DNA from: Eledone cirrhosa
Taxonomy: Eukaryota
Reading direction: 5' to 3'
Assembly: GCA_964016885.1 (NCBI GenBank)
Contig: OZ024740.1
Span: 44,268,001 to 44,332,000 of the forward strand
DNA: 64,000 nt
The position numbers were made by a program, and so were the translations under genes. The notes under the pieces are model-generated. The model made no database searches. It saw nothing but the letters and a program-made list of their open reading frames with translations, and had not been told where the DNA came from. This document shows positions 28,544-42,290 of this stretch, one piece after another. How positions within the stretch are numbered: position 1 is the first letter of the stretch; every line of letters starts with the position of its first letter.

Positions 28544-29146
28544 TAGTTATAGGAATAACCAAAGGGTGCTTAGAAATACATTGTTTTATTAGCTAACAGT
28601 GTTTCATACATACACCATGGCAGGAATCTTCAGAGCCTATAAACATAAGTATATCAGTAGTTGCATGCTCCATCGAGCTGCGTCACCAGAACAAGGTTAA
28701 ATGACCAGCAGGGGCGTCCCGAGGCTAGCGCTATATGGAAAAAGACATAATACATGATGCACATGATGTCATAAAATGTCTTTATCATCTATTGCACCAT
28801 CTAAGTGATAAATTGCTGGTGTAATTTTTAATTTTTAATTTTTTAATTTTTAATTTTTAATTTTTAATTTTTAATTTTTAATTTTTAATTTTTAATTTTT
28901 TAATTTTTAATTTTTAATTTTTAATTTTTAATTTTTAATTTTTAATTTTTAATTTTTAATTTTTAATTTTTAAGACATTTAATGACATTATGTGCATCAT
29001 GTATTATGTCTTTTTCCATATAGCGCTAGCCTCGGGACCCCCCTGCTGGTCATTTAACCTTATTCTGGTGACGCAGCTCGATGGAGCATGCAACTACTGC
29101 CATGGTGTATGAATGAAGCACTCTTTGGTTATTCCTATAACTATAT
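28544..29146. mobile_element. Fold-back element family I enclosing an (AATTTTT)n tract
   Basis: 28544-28781 versus 28970-29146 inverted. About 21 AATTTTT units at 28823-28972. Minus-strand core ggct-CTGAAGA...GAA-ACACTGT-T/agct at 28591-28637. Confidence 0.78.
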
Positions 29147-29149
29147 TTA

Positions 29150-30430
29150 TATATAAGTATGTACACGTACATACATATATGTATACCGACGTACAGTAGT
29201 ATGTATATATATATATATACATACATGCACACATATATATATGCACGTATGGATTCACCGAACATTTATTATAATGCTCGGTGTGTTTGTAAACAAACAT
29301 CCCGTATTAAGCCGTAGTGTCTAGCAACCACCGTTGCTCGTTTGTTCAACACTGACAAAGGAACGCTGTACTAGTTTCAAGCTTGTTAGCTATCGTCAGC
29401 AACGTATACCTTCCTGCCAGATTGTTGAACGTATATACTTACCTTATGCATATTAACGGCTGAGTAGCCCAATTTGCATATCGAGTGGGTTAATCGGCCG
29501 GGTGCACCGAAAACGATAAACGGAAAAAATGAAACGATATTTCATTTCCCACTCTTAGTACGGCTGTTACTTAAATATAAGTATGTACACGTACATACAT
29601 ATATGTATACCGACGTACAGTAGTATGTATATATATATATATACATACATGCACACATATATATATGCACGTATGGATTCACCGAACATTTATTATAATG
29701 CTCGGTGTGTTTGTAAACAAACATCCCGTATTAAGCCGTAGTGTCTAGCAACCACCGTTGCTCGTTTGTTCAACACTGACAAAGGAACGCTGTACTAGTT
29801 TCAAGCTTGTTAGCTATCGTCAGCAACGTATACCTTCCTGCCAGATTGTTGAACGTATATACTTACCTTATGCATATTAACGGCTGAGTAGCCCAATGTG
29901 CATATCGAGTGGGTTAATCGGCCGGGTGCACCGAAAACGATAAACGGAAAAAATGAAACGATATTTCATTTCCCACTCTTAGTACGGCTGTTACTTAAAT
30001 ATAAGTATGTACACGTACATACATATATGTATACCGACGTACAGTAGTATGTATATATATATATATACATACATGCACACATATATATATGCACGTATGG
30101 ATTCACCGAACATTTATTATAATGCTCGATAGCTAACAAGCTTGAAACTAGTACAGCGTTCCTTTGTCAGTGTTGAACAAACGAGCAACGGTGGTTGCTA
30201 GACACTACGGCTTAATACGGGATGTTTGTTTACAAACACACCGAGCATTATAATAAATGTTCGGTGAATCCATACGTGCATATATATATGTGTGCATGTA
30301 TGTATATATATATATATACATACTACTGTACGTCGGTATACATATATGTATGTACGTGTACATACTTATATTTAAGTAACAGCCGTACTAAGAGTGGGAA
30401 ATGAAATATCGTTTCATTTTTTCCGTTTAT
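29150..30430 (-). mobile_element. 424-bp tandem repeat (~2.3 copies) plus an inverted partial copy, one hammerhead per unit
   Basis: Period 424 (29363 vs 29787); inversion at ~30127. Minus strand reads acgttg-CTGACGA-tAGCTaacaAGCTt-GAA-ACTAGT-A/cagcgt. Confidence 0.88.
29363..29405 (-). ncRNA. Minimal type-I hammerhead ribozyme (second copy 29787-29829)
   Basis: Intact CUGANGA and GAAA, 6-bp stem I, 4-bp stem II, palindromic stem III ACUAGU, GUA cleavage triplet. Confidence 0.82.
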
Positions 30431-30781
30431 ATTTATATATATATATTTACCCTATTTTTCCTCGGTTACTTACTTACATGTTCCATTGTCCTGTCCCCCC
30501 ACGATGAGGTATGTTCACCTATTTTTTCTCTTTCTTCCTCTCTCCTCACCACCTTTTCCCCTTTGTTCTTCTTCCTCTTTTCCTTCTTTTTCCTTCCTTT
30601 TCCTCTCTTTTCTGGCCTTGTGCGCACCGCTGATCGCTTATAGATGTCCTGTAAATAAGCGCCGAAACATCTTCATCATAGATTACAGTTGACGAAGGAT
30701 TCTCTACTTTTCTTCTTTGCTTTTCTTCTCTTGTTTCGTCCATACCACCTTCCTATATATATATATATATATATATTATAA

Positions 30782-31290
30782 ATGGCCTTTGCAAAGTCGA
30801 GATATACCACGTCTACATTTCAGTGGTTTGGCAGATGCTTTAACACTCAGTTGTAATGCCTCAGATGATGTGTGATGTAGATTCTTCTAGGATGAAGATC
30901 ATGAGGGCTGTTAGTTAATAAAGCATTTTCTTCTAGAAATATTCTCAATTTCCCTCTAATAATTGGTTCTATGACTTTGTAAATATGGGGGATCATGAAA
31001 GATAGACCTGAAATTTTTAGCATCTACCCTGTTTCCACCTTAATAGATATACCTTCCTTTAATTTAAGGGGGTGTTTACCATAAGCAAAATGGTTTGGCA
31101 AATAAACTGCAATGGTTTTGTTGAACTCCACTTACATGCTTTTAAAAGAATTCCTGTGGATACAATTGGTGCTGATTTTACACTCGTTTGATCTACAGTT
31201 GATATTAAATCTTCCTCTTTGATATTGACGTAATAGATGCCTGGTTTGTTTATTTGCATGCTTCATTAAGGATGTCAAAACAATTTTCAA
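30782..31290 (-). mobile_element. Degenerate CR1/L2-type RT fragment
   Basis: ILLKACKWSSTKPLQFI and VDVVYLDFAKA motifs on the minus strand, with frameshifts. Confidence 0.7.
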
Positions 31291-33304
31291 TAGCTCATTC
31301 AATATTTCACTTGTGTTTTGCAAATTTATAGACATTTTATGGTTCACTTTTACCTTTTCTATAGGTCTGTTTTCTCTTTTGCTTTGTTTTCTTTTCATGG
31401 GGTTGTTTGACTTTTTGTTTCAAGAACGAAAATCAAAACACGGAGAAATACAAGGAAGATATATCCAACAGTGGGAAATGATGACTGATTTGATTTGATT
31501 TAATAATGATATATTGATATATGTTAAAAATTTGTGATCTGGGGTTAAAATTATCGGTGATATGTATTTTATTATAACGGTTTATGGCGTACAAAAACAT
31601 AGATTATATATTTTTAATAAGTTACAAATGATTGTCTTTTCAATTAATTATTTTTTAGACCATAGAATTTGATTAAATTCCGTGTGAGTTACATCGGCAA
31701 TATACATTTGAGAAACGTAGGCGATGCTTCAATAGACTCGTTTGGGGACGTTAGATAGAAGGCGTTGTTCCGGCTATTAGGGCCCTGAGTTCAAATGTTG
31801 CCGAGGCCAACAATGCCTTTCATCGTATCGGGGTTGATAAAGCACCAGTGAAACACTAAGGTCGATTTCTTCCCTATCTGCCTCTCAAAGATTCGGCTAT
31901 GTGAGAGGGGGGGGGGAGTAACGTTCACATCACGGCCCCCAACAATCATTTCACCACGACACTGTGTAGAATCGGAAAAAAAGAAAGTTTGAGAAACAAT
32001 GTCACAGCTAATTATATTTTCAGCCATTGTAATTATACAGAAGTAACGCGCAAAAACAAAAGGGATTATTAACGGTAACAATTAATGACACATCATCGAA
32101 CAGTTTAATTTTAGTTTTAAACCAAGCATATTTAACTTCGTAGCTTCTGCAATTGCCTTTGTGATTTGTTATCTCAGTTATTGCTTTCTTACGATAAGAA
32201 TTAATTTTGTGATGAAACTGTTTATTTGTGTTCTCATTGCATTTAATATTGTTTTAAATAAATGTTCGTCTTAGATTTCCGTGTTAAACTTATTATTTTT
32301 TCTTCTTCTTTTCTTATTTTACATTTTTGCTTTCTTTCGTAAAAGATTTGTTAACAACTTGAATATTTAAAGAGTGCTTTTTTTTTCAAACAAATACATG
32401 CTCACATTGGAAATCTCAAGTTGTATTATTTAACAATTTAAAATTGAAAACAAAATGTATCGAGGCTATTTTAGTGGGATTTGGAAACAGTTTATTTCTC
32501 TGCTTATCGGATAATACTTGTGAGTTTCTGTTGTTAACGCAGAAAATCGTGTTTTGGATATAAATTTGTTTATGTGAATAACTGATATAATAAAATGTCA
32601 ATTGTTGCACAAATATGTATAAAACATTCTTTGTAAACTTTTATCGACAATCAATGATATTAATAAAATTTAAACTTGATTGATTTCCGAAATATGTTTT
32701 GTATTCATTAGCTTAGATGCTTTTTAGAAAACAAGAAAAAGAAAGAAAAAGTATGCATGAAATAATGAATTATTTACGTAATTTCTAAATTACATGGTCA
32801 CATTCCTCTTTCTCATTTTCTTTTTATGTTATTCCAATTATAATATAAAATATAATGTAAAATATTTGGAAAAGTTTACATGGATGGAAACATTAAATAT
32901 AAAATATGTATTCCCATCTGTACTGACTCTCAACGGCATGTGCTGTGGTAATTGCCATATTTTATATTTCCACATAGACTAAAGCAAGTCTATGTGGATT
33001 TTACTTTGCAACAATGTACATTCCCTTCCAAAGCACAAACCCAGGCAAGCTGTTTTTGTGGAAGATATGCAGTCGCTCTTGAATACCAGTCTCCCCTCTC
33101 CACGCCACCAATGTTGTCCAAAGGAAAGGCAAAGGCCAGTACAGTTTGGCAGCAGTGAAGCTGCAACTCGTTTCTACACCTGACTGAACTGAAGCAACGT
33201 GAAAGTGTCTTGTTCAAGCACACAATGTATCGCCCGCTCTGGGAATCGAAATTACAACGTCATTTTTTTAAATCCAACTCTATTTCCACTAAACCGCAAG
33301 CCTT

Positions 33305-33339
<35 letters not shown>

Positions 33340-33600
33340 TTATTGGCAGCATGACCCTCCCAAAGTATAACAATATATATATATATATATATATATATTG
33401 TTATACTTTGGGAGGGTCATGCTGTCAATAAGAACACACGCACCTGTTGGTTTTCACTTCAATTTATTATAAGTTTCCGGTTGGTTCGAATACCGGAACG
33501 TTGTTTATATATTGTCAAAGCTCTTTTGTCACACATTCTGTGACTTCCTCAGTGACTAGGTTTTTATTTTGTGTCTCTTCTTTGTTCTGTCCTACACACA
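33340..33600 (-). mobile_element. PLE terminal-repeat fragments (same family as 53215-54150), tail-to-tail around (TA)n
   Basis: ATGACCCTCCCAAAGTATAACAAT-(TA)n-ATTGTTATACTTTGGGAGGGTCAT. Downstream sequence matches 53237-53470. Confidence 0.75.
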
Positions 33601-35216
33601 AAAATAAGATGGTTTAATTTTCGTGTTCCATCTTCCAAGCAGGATTTGGACAGGAAAGGTGTCAGAGCTATGGAGTAGGGAAGGGAGTACATCGACATAA
33701 TCGTTAGACATCTACTTCCTTCAATCCTCCCCTGGGCCAGATGAGCCGTCACACTAGAACAGACAGGCGACAACTGTTCATACATTCCATTTTGGATTTG
33801 GCTTGATCTCTCTGACCGGATGTCTTGTGAAGATGTCCATGTTGGCATGGGGTGTTATATATTGGTAGACGGTTGGCTTCTGCTAGGAAGGAGGGGTGAA
33901 AGTGGTGGCAGAGTGAAGGCTGCTTTTCCATACTGGAAGGAGTTGGACGAGGACAGGGGATGGGCTGTCTTTCTATGATGGCGGGAGTTGCTGTTGGATG
34001 TGCAAGGTTGGGTGGAGATGGCGGAAGTGAGTTGAGAACGTCTAATATGTGGTACATAGATGATGGAAGAGGAAGGATAAGTGAGTGTTAAGCTGGAGAA
34101 ATGTATGAGGGACATGTTTGTGTTAGCCTCTATACTTGTGAAGGTGGCTTTTCTTCAGTATGGTATATCCCCAGAGAACTCGATCCAGACCCCTTTCTTT
34201 GGAATTTGATATATGTGCCAACCCATACCTTTAGTCATGAATGACAATGACCAAAATAATACGATTGCAAATACAGGTGGCCGAAATTGGGTCCTCAGAA
34301 GTGTTTTTGGAGTATCATTACTTGATAGAGTGCGTAGAGAATCACTCCTGGTAGAGCCACCATTTCGCCAAATTGAGATCACAGCTCCAATATTACTTCA
34401 GCTCCGATCAGTTCCAAACCCTCTACATGGATTAACGAAAAGCCATATTCATGTGTTGGTCATTTGTACAGGACACTTCTACTGATGCACACATAGATAT
34501 ATTTACCCACAACTAAAAGAATGCCAGCCATTTGATTCATTGGCAAATATTCACTTATTAACACCTCACACACACCTGATTTCTCCTTTATGCCTCTCCC
34601 AATGATATTACTATGGTCTCTGCACATCTGAACAAGCTAAGTACATTCTTCACTGTGTCACAGCTCATAGATCATACAATACATAGTAGGACTCCATCTC
34701 TTCTCAAATTTCCTTCCCACCAATGCTTTTTTTGCACTCATTGACCTATAATTGTTCAAGTTGACAGCAGCCACATCACCAGTCTTAGAGGCTGGCAAAA
34801 TGCATTCATGCTGTGCTTCACCGTTTTTCTTTTACTCTGACATTTAAAAGATAATTTAATCAATTCTCACAATTTAATGTGAATTCACAAATTTAAATTA
34901 TTTGATTCCTCAAGGAAAATTAATCAATGAATAGATAATTACAGCAAAATATAGTTAATTTGGAAGATTAAATCTAGTTATACAGACCAAACTTGCTGCT
35001 TAAATACGGAATAAGATATTGTATAGTTTTAGAAACGTAACATAGTTTGGCTATAAAACTTGTTATAAATATTACTATTATTCTGTGAGGATTTGGCAAA
35101 CGTTTTTGAAGAGCGGCAAACGTTGTTGTTTTCGCTTACGAAATATTTAATCCTCTAATGTTCTTTAATGGCATGACATTCAGAATCAATCCTTAACATT
35201 TTCTCTCATAATATTA

Positions 35217-35270
<54 letters not shown>

Positions 35271-35349
35271 AATGAATATACATGAATATATATGTGTGTG
35301 TGTATATATATATATATAGAGAGAGAGAAAGAGAGAAAGAGAGAGAGAG

Positions 35350-36095
35350 AGTAGGAAGACCTAAGAAGACCTGCAAAACGCTGACCTTGCACAATTGTAC
35401 CTCTCAAAGGTGATGATCCTGCATTGAGGTTATGCAGTAATGCAGAAGACCTGCCTTCCCATACATCTAGAATGCATCACTTAACCCCTATCCTCCCTAC
35501 CCATTTTCAAACACCTCACACACCCTAACACTCCACCCACATCTTAATCACCTCACTCTTCTCCCTCCTCACCATAGTCCCCAGCCCACACTGTAAAGTG
35601 GTCGTGTTGGTATCATGAGAAAAAGCACCCAGCCCACACTATAAAGTGGTCGTTATGGTGCAACAATAAAATACACCAAGACCATACCATAAAGTGGCTG
35701 TGTTGGTATCATGACAACAAGCACCCAACCTACACTGTAAAGTAGTTGTTATCGTGCCAGATAAAAGGCACCCAGTCCACATTGTAAAGTGGTTGTGTTG
35801 GTATTATGACAAAAAGCATCCAGCCTACATAAGTGTCGTTATGGTGTCAAAATAAAAGGAAATCCAGACCATACTGTAAAGTGCTCGTGTAGGTGTCACC
35901 ACAAAAGGCACCCAGCACACACAGTAAATGTGGTTGCTGTTAGGAAGGGCATGCAGTCGTAGAAACCAAGCCAGAAACAGTTCTGTATGAGCAAGACACG
36001 GTCACCTGAGCTTACTTGCCTCAAATGGAACAACTTATCTAACCCATGCTAGTGTGGAAAATAGACATTAAACAATGATGATGATGATGATGATG
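35350..36095 (+). mobile_element. RTE 3' fragment whose 3'UTR has ~48-bp tandem subrepeats and a (TGA)n tail
   Basis: Begins GRPKKT. Repeats of CCAGCCCACACTGTAAAGTGGTCGTG. Ends ACCCATGCTAGTGTGGAAAATAGACATTAAAC(TGA)n. Related 3' ends at 37975-38250, 43370-43590, 51365-51545 and 52365-52585. Confidence 0.7.
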
Positions 36096-36136
36096 ACGGT
36101 GATATATATATGTGTGTGTGTGTTTTTATGTGTAGT

Positions 36137-36370
36137 GTGGAGACTCATGGCCTACTAGTAAGGGTGTTGGATTTACAATCATGGGTTTGAGTCCTGGGCT
36201 AGGATGCATGCTGTGTTCTAGAGCAAAACACTTCATTTCCCGTTGCTCCAATATACTCAGCTGAAAATGAGTACCAGGAATAGCTGGGCATTTAACCCTG
36301 TGATAGACTGGTATCCTGTCCAGGGGAAGTCTTGTACTCTCAGTTGCTTTATGCCACAGAAACTGAGACA
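36137..36370 (+). mobile_element. Second tRNA-type SINE family (S2)
   Basis: tRNA-like head TGGCCTACTAGTAAGG...GGTTTGAGTCCT, then GAGCAAAACACTT...CTCAGCTGAAAATGAG. Minus-strand relatives at ~23230-23400, ~33000-33300 and 52610-52762. Confidence 0.6.
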
Positions 36371-36590
36371 GACTTTTATATATAAAAACATTAACTGTTA
36401 AGACAACCAAATACCATCAATGAAGCAGCATAGACATCAGGTAAGAAAATACCCCAGGGACAGAAAAGAGTGGCAACTGATTGCTATGGAGAGATGGAAA
36501 GTTGTGAGGTAGGTGAAATTTAGATGAAATGTATAGATTTTTGAAAGAGTCAAGAATAAAGTTACAAATCTTATAAAACCTCATCACCTT

Positions 36591-36966
36591 ACAGTCTAAT
36601 GACTCTTTAATCTGACAGTCTAATGACTATTTAATCTGATAATCTAATGACTATTTAATCTGACAGTCTAATGTCACTTTAATCTGACAGTCTAATGACT
36701 ATTTAATCTGATAATCTAATGACTATTTAATCTGACAGTTTAATGACTCTTTAATCTGACAGTCTAATGACTATTTAATCTGATAATCTAATGACTATTT
36801 AATCTGACAGTCTAATGTCACTTTAATCTGACAGTCTAATGACTCTTTATTCCAATAGTCTAATGACTCTGTAATCTGATAGACTGATGTCTCTTTAATC
36901 TATGAGTCTCTTCAGGTCTTTAATCTGATGGTCTAATGACTTTTTAATTCAATAGAGTAATGACTC
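36591..36966. repeat. 24-bp minisatellite (ACAGTCTAATGACTNTTTAATCTG)
   Basis: About 15 imperfect tandem copies, decaying to the right. Confidence 0.92.
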
Positions 36967-39900
36967 TGCCAATTTACTGCCTCTAATGAGAACCATTTAA
37001 TTATCAAGGCAATCTGAAATATTAACACAATATTTTTAGAAAAAGTAACAAAACTAAATCATAGCAAGACAAGGGTTTAATCAGAGAAATTTAAGACTTC
37101 ATCATCAACAACATCAACAACAAAACAAACAACAACAATAACAATAATATTTTTTTGTTTTTGTTTTTTTGTTATTTTCTGTTTTGTATCATTTACAGTT
37201 TCTTTTGTCCAGGAACAAGTATGAAAAATCAATAAAACCTTCAGTTGCATTCATTGTAAGCTTTGCATTATAAATAATCTATTATCGTCTTAGATAAACA
37301 AACACTAAGATACACTTCCAGCTAGAAAAACATCACACACAAAGTTTCCACAATTTTTAGCTCAAGAGATAATTACATTTTAAACTGTAAATGATACAAT
37401 AAAAAAAATCCATAAAATGTAAGATTATAAATGAATAATTAAAGCACCTTTGGATATAATCCTAAAGAGAAATATGACTTTTGAAGAGGGAAAAGGAAAG
37501 GGGGGGAAGCAATTTTTATTTATTTATTTTTGTGTGTTTAATCTGATAATTCTAGCAATGAAACCTATAAATATTGCAGTATTCATCACCAGTAATCAGT
37601 TACAATGGAAGATATCTGAAAAAGAGGAAAATATAAAACTTTATTTAGATTTATGAAAAAATAATCCTTTTCAAATTAAGTTATACATAATATTGAAAAA
37701 TTACAAGATAAGATTTTAAATACTTTTTACTCTGCTAAAAATTTTGTTTATGGGACATACTGCCACCTCAGCAGTGTTGAAATGACATTTGCTCTCACTA
37801 ATACACACACACACATACACAAACACACACACATACACACAAACATGCATACACACACACATACACATACAAACACATGCATACATGCACATACACATAC
37901 ACACACACATATATATATACAGTATGCACCACCCCATCTCACCCTCCCATACATCCCTCATGAGGACAGTCTGAAACACTGTAAATTGATCGTGGTAAAT
38001 TGATCATGGTAAAAAGCACTCAGCCCACAGCGTAAAGTGGTCATGTAGGTGTCACAACAAAAAGCACGCCGCATTTACTGTAAATGAGGTTGGTGCTAGG
38101 AAGTCATACAGCTGTAGAAACCAAGCTGAAATTAGTTCTGTATCAGAAAGACATGGTAACTTGACCTAACATTGCCCACAACAGGACAACTTGTCTAACT
38201 CATGCCAGCGTGGAGAAATGGACGTAAAACTATGATGATGATGATGATGATATATATATATATGACAAGGCTTCATGTAGTTTCTATCTATCAAATTCTC
38301 TCATAAGGTATTGGTCAGCCTGAGATGATAGTTAAAGTCACTTGTCCAAGGTGCAATGCAGTGGGATATAACCTAAGACCACATAGCTGTGAAGTAAATA
38401 TCTTGACCATACAAACAAGGCTAGGGCCATTATTTGTTCTAAGTAGTAAAATTAGACTTTCCAATCAAAGAAGTAATGTCATATTCAAGAAATTAATAGT
38501 TAGCAACTCAGTATTATGTAAGCAGTATTGAGAAATGGGTGAATAAGTGAACCATGAACCAAGACCGCTACATGGTCACCTGTCATGTTACAAATACCAG
38601 CCAAATATCCATCACTCCATGCACCTTAAAGTAAAGAAACATTGGATAATGTAGTCCCATATACCCGTAAAAGACAGATTTTTCATGGCTAGGATGTCTT
38701 TTATTAAGGGTCTACTCAAACAAGGTTGTCTTGGGAGTAAACAACAACAGTAGGTGTACAAGAAAAAGGAAGCATAAATCAATTTATTGCTGTATATGAC
38801 AAATTCAGCAGTCCATAACAAAAGGCTATGAAATGATGTAAATGTTAATGGAAGTAATAATTGTTTCTACATTTGGCACAAGGCCAGCAATAACCCAGTG
38901 CATTACTGGTACTTTATTTTCTCGACCCCGTAAGGATGAAAGGCAAAGTTAACCTTGGCGTTGAAACAACATATCAATCAAATGCAACCATGGGCTTAAT
39001 CTTGTATTTGCAACCCCAATGTCTTCTACTTATTCCTGGGAGAGTCGTGGGGGCAAACTTCCCAAGTATGCCTTTCAGCAGGTCCTGTCAAAAGCAACCA
39101 TTTCCAGTTATTCTGGCTGGATCCCCAAACAAGACCAGCAGAGTTCCTGGATGTTATCCAACCATCTTGCTTGGAGTCTACTCCTTGTTGCTACTGACAG
39201 TTGGTTTTACAGAATATCCGGAGATATTCTGACCAATTGTTTGCTATATTGGAGCAGTGACCAGTCAATTCAGAGAAGTAGCAGCTCTATCTAGAAGGAC
39301 TCTCTGATCTCTGTACTATACACTCTATTGAGGAATGTTACTCCAAAGATCCTTTGGAGGAACCTCATTTCAGCTGCTTGTGTTTGTGATCATATTCTTT
39401 CCTGTGTGAATTTAATACATATTTATTTATCTTAGAATTCATAGATCTGCCTCTTTCATGGGTGTTATCCACTTCACGTATTTGACATTTCTTTATACAA
39501 CTAATATTCTACATATGCATTATATGCCCATACCAGTGCAGCCTTCTCTTTTGCTCACTACATCTGATTCTCCATTACATGCCTATAGAAATGTTGTCTT
39601 CTCTTTTGCTTGTTACATTTGATTCCTCTTCTTCCAAGCTTTTCTCTCAGTTCAGTTATGTTCTGCTGTTCGTGTGTAATAGTTTTACAAATCCAATAGA
39701 GCATTTTTGAATATTTATTTGTAGCCTTTTCAAATATCCTGCCTTCAAGGCCTACTATATCTCACTGTTAAACAGCATCCTATTTCTTACACAAGCATAA
39801 TACAATGCCCATTATTCTGAAAGAAAACCTTTATTACCAGCAGAAGTAATAGAAATTGTCAGAGTAGGTAGAATGTCAGACAGAAAGCTCTGCACTCTGA

Positions 39901-40860
39901 GTTCAAATCTCACCAGGCTCAACTTGGCCTTTTATCCTTTTGAGGTGAATTAAAAAAAACATTTAGTTTAATACCAGGCCTGCTTCTTCCTCTATATATC
40001 TTTTTTGCTTCCTCTCTCTCTCTGGAGACAATTAACCATGTTCAAACCTGGAGAGGAGATGGTCTTCACCAAGTTTTAAATTGCCCAAGAAATACTGTGT
40101 GTCACTAAGGCACCCCTACAGCTCCACCAGGAGTTATGGGTACATATATGTACTTTTATTGAAAATACAAATTCAACAGCAGCTGCAACAAGCATTTTAA
40201 GGCTATTTTACCTGTTAAAATAGGAGTTAGCTTTGTGAACCCCAAGAAAGCCTTCATGTTCCTCATAGGGTCTTTTTTGAACTAATGTTTTACATCCAGA
40301 TGCCCTTTCTAGTGCCAACCTTTTCTGTTGCCTCTTAGAATATGTAGGGGTATGGTGTACTTATTCTAAACCAAACACACAACATATATTGGTTTCTGAT
40401 TTAGGCCCAAAGCCTACAACTTTTAGGGGGGATTAAATCGATCCTAGTGCATTACTGGTGCTTTATTTTATCGTCTCTGTAAGGATGAAAGGCAAATTTA
40501 TCCTCACCAGAATTTGAACTCAGATCGTAAAGTGGTGTAACTCTATACCATAAATTATGTTGTCCGACACTCTACCGATACTGCCAATCCAACATATATT
40601 GAAGACATAAATAACCAGGTTAAATTGTACATTAAAAGTATACTTACAATGACTAGTTATAAAACAAACAATATAAATTAATTACTCAGACATTTTACAA
40701 TAAATAATTGTTTCTACTTTGGGCACAAGGCCAGCAATTACCCAGTGCATTACTGGTACTTTATTTTACAATAAATAATATTAGACATTATAACACAGAA
40801 AAAGTGTGACAGGGCTACAAGTGACAGATATGCTTCAAGTCACAACTATGCCCCTGTTAC

Positions 40861-41058
40861 CAGGGCTGGACTTTCACCTGCAGAAGCCCTAAGCTATATA
40901 AAATTTGAAGCCCTGATTTTTGATGATTTAGTGTTAAAGAATAAAAACTAATGATAAAATATAAATATATTTTTTTAATGAAGCCCCCCTCCCCCCTCTT
41001 CCGAGGGTATGTGGCCCTAAGCTATAGCTTATTTAGCTCATATGTAAGTCCAGCTCTG
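40861..41058. mobile_element. hAT-type MITE with 8-bp TSD
   Basis: TIRs CAGGGCTGGACTT / AAGTCCAGCTCTG. CCTGTTAC duplicated at 40853-40860 and 41059-41066. Confidence 0.85.
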
Positions 41059-41930
41059 CCTGTTACACTATTTCTGTGGTTATAACACCAGGTGTAACAT
41101 ATAGACTACTGCACTAATAAATCATTTAAGGTAATTGTTAGGTTTTGTTATTTAAGTAGGAGTAGCTAACTAGATATAACACAGAAATAACTAACTTGAT
41201 ATAAGTGATGGAAAACAGTTTAGTGTTTCACTTCCTTACAAGTTTATATTAAATATTTGTCTGCCAGAGAGAGAAGGAGGGGAGAGAATGGATGGTAAAG
41301 AGAGGGGCTAGTGGTTAGAGAATGAGTAGAGCAAGAGACAAACAGACAGAGATAGACAGACATACAGACAGACAGAGAAAGAGAGAGAGAGGAGTGAGAG
41401 AGAAGATTATATAGATAGATTGAGAGGCAGATAGATTTCAGTAGAATGCCATGTCAGAAAGTTAATGATGCATAACTGTAAAAACTGATAAAAATATGAA
41501 AGGACATAAAAAGTTAAAAGAAAGTATTGCATGAGTCATTGAGTACATATAATGTAAATTAAATAAAAGATTGGCTGAAATTGTTGTTGTAAGTTAACAG
41601 AATTGAGTTTCGCCTGTTTATCACAGGATCATTGGATAAACTCTTGTCTGATGTTCCTGTGATAAGCAGACAAAACTCCAGAGTAACAAGACTCAGTATT
41701 TAGTCTTAATAAAATGAATATATATATATATATATATACTCTTTTACCTGTTCCAGTCATCCAGCTGAGGCCATGCTGGGGCACCGCCCTTGATACATAT
41801 ATATATTTATATATATATATATATACATATAAACATATATATAAACATATATATATACATATTTCAAAAGTCTGGCAATTCGATGACTGATTAATCTGTG
41901 GTTACCCAGACTCTTTCTCTATTCCTCTCC

Positions 41931-41983
<53 letters not shown>

Positions 41984-42104
41984 AAAATGTTCACTCTACA
42001 TGGCTGAATACAATAAATGTAATCTTAGTTTTTCGAATATTAATAATAACATTTGATATATTTTCACTAGCTCTGACTGTTTCGCAGGTGAACAGTGAGC
42101 GGTA

Positions 42105-42138
42105 CTGATGAAGGGTGATACCCAGAAACATTAGTGTC
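42105..42138 (+). ncRNA. Hammerhead core motif (stem I degenerate)
   Basis: CTGATGA-aGGGTgatACCCa-GAA-ACATTAGTGT-C; lies in a segment bounded by (TA)n. Confidence 0.5.
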
Positions 42139-42290
42139 TTCAGTTCTGTTCACATGCCAACACAAGACCAAGAACGAAGGGTTCATTCTACTGACATAGC
42201 TATAAAATTGAGGCCTGTTTGCATAATTGCAAACGAATTGAATGTTATTATTAATATTCAAAAAAGTCAGATTACAATTATATATATATA

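Noticed and set aside
33600-34155. GC-elevated segment with overlapping minus-strand ORFs
   Set aside because: No recognisable motif or splice pattern; probably a decayed retroelement, left unassigned.
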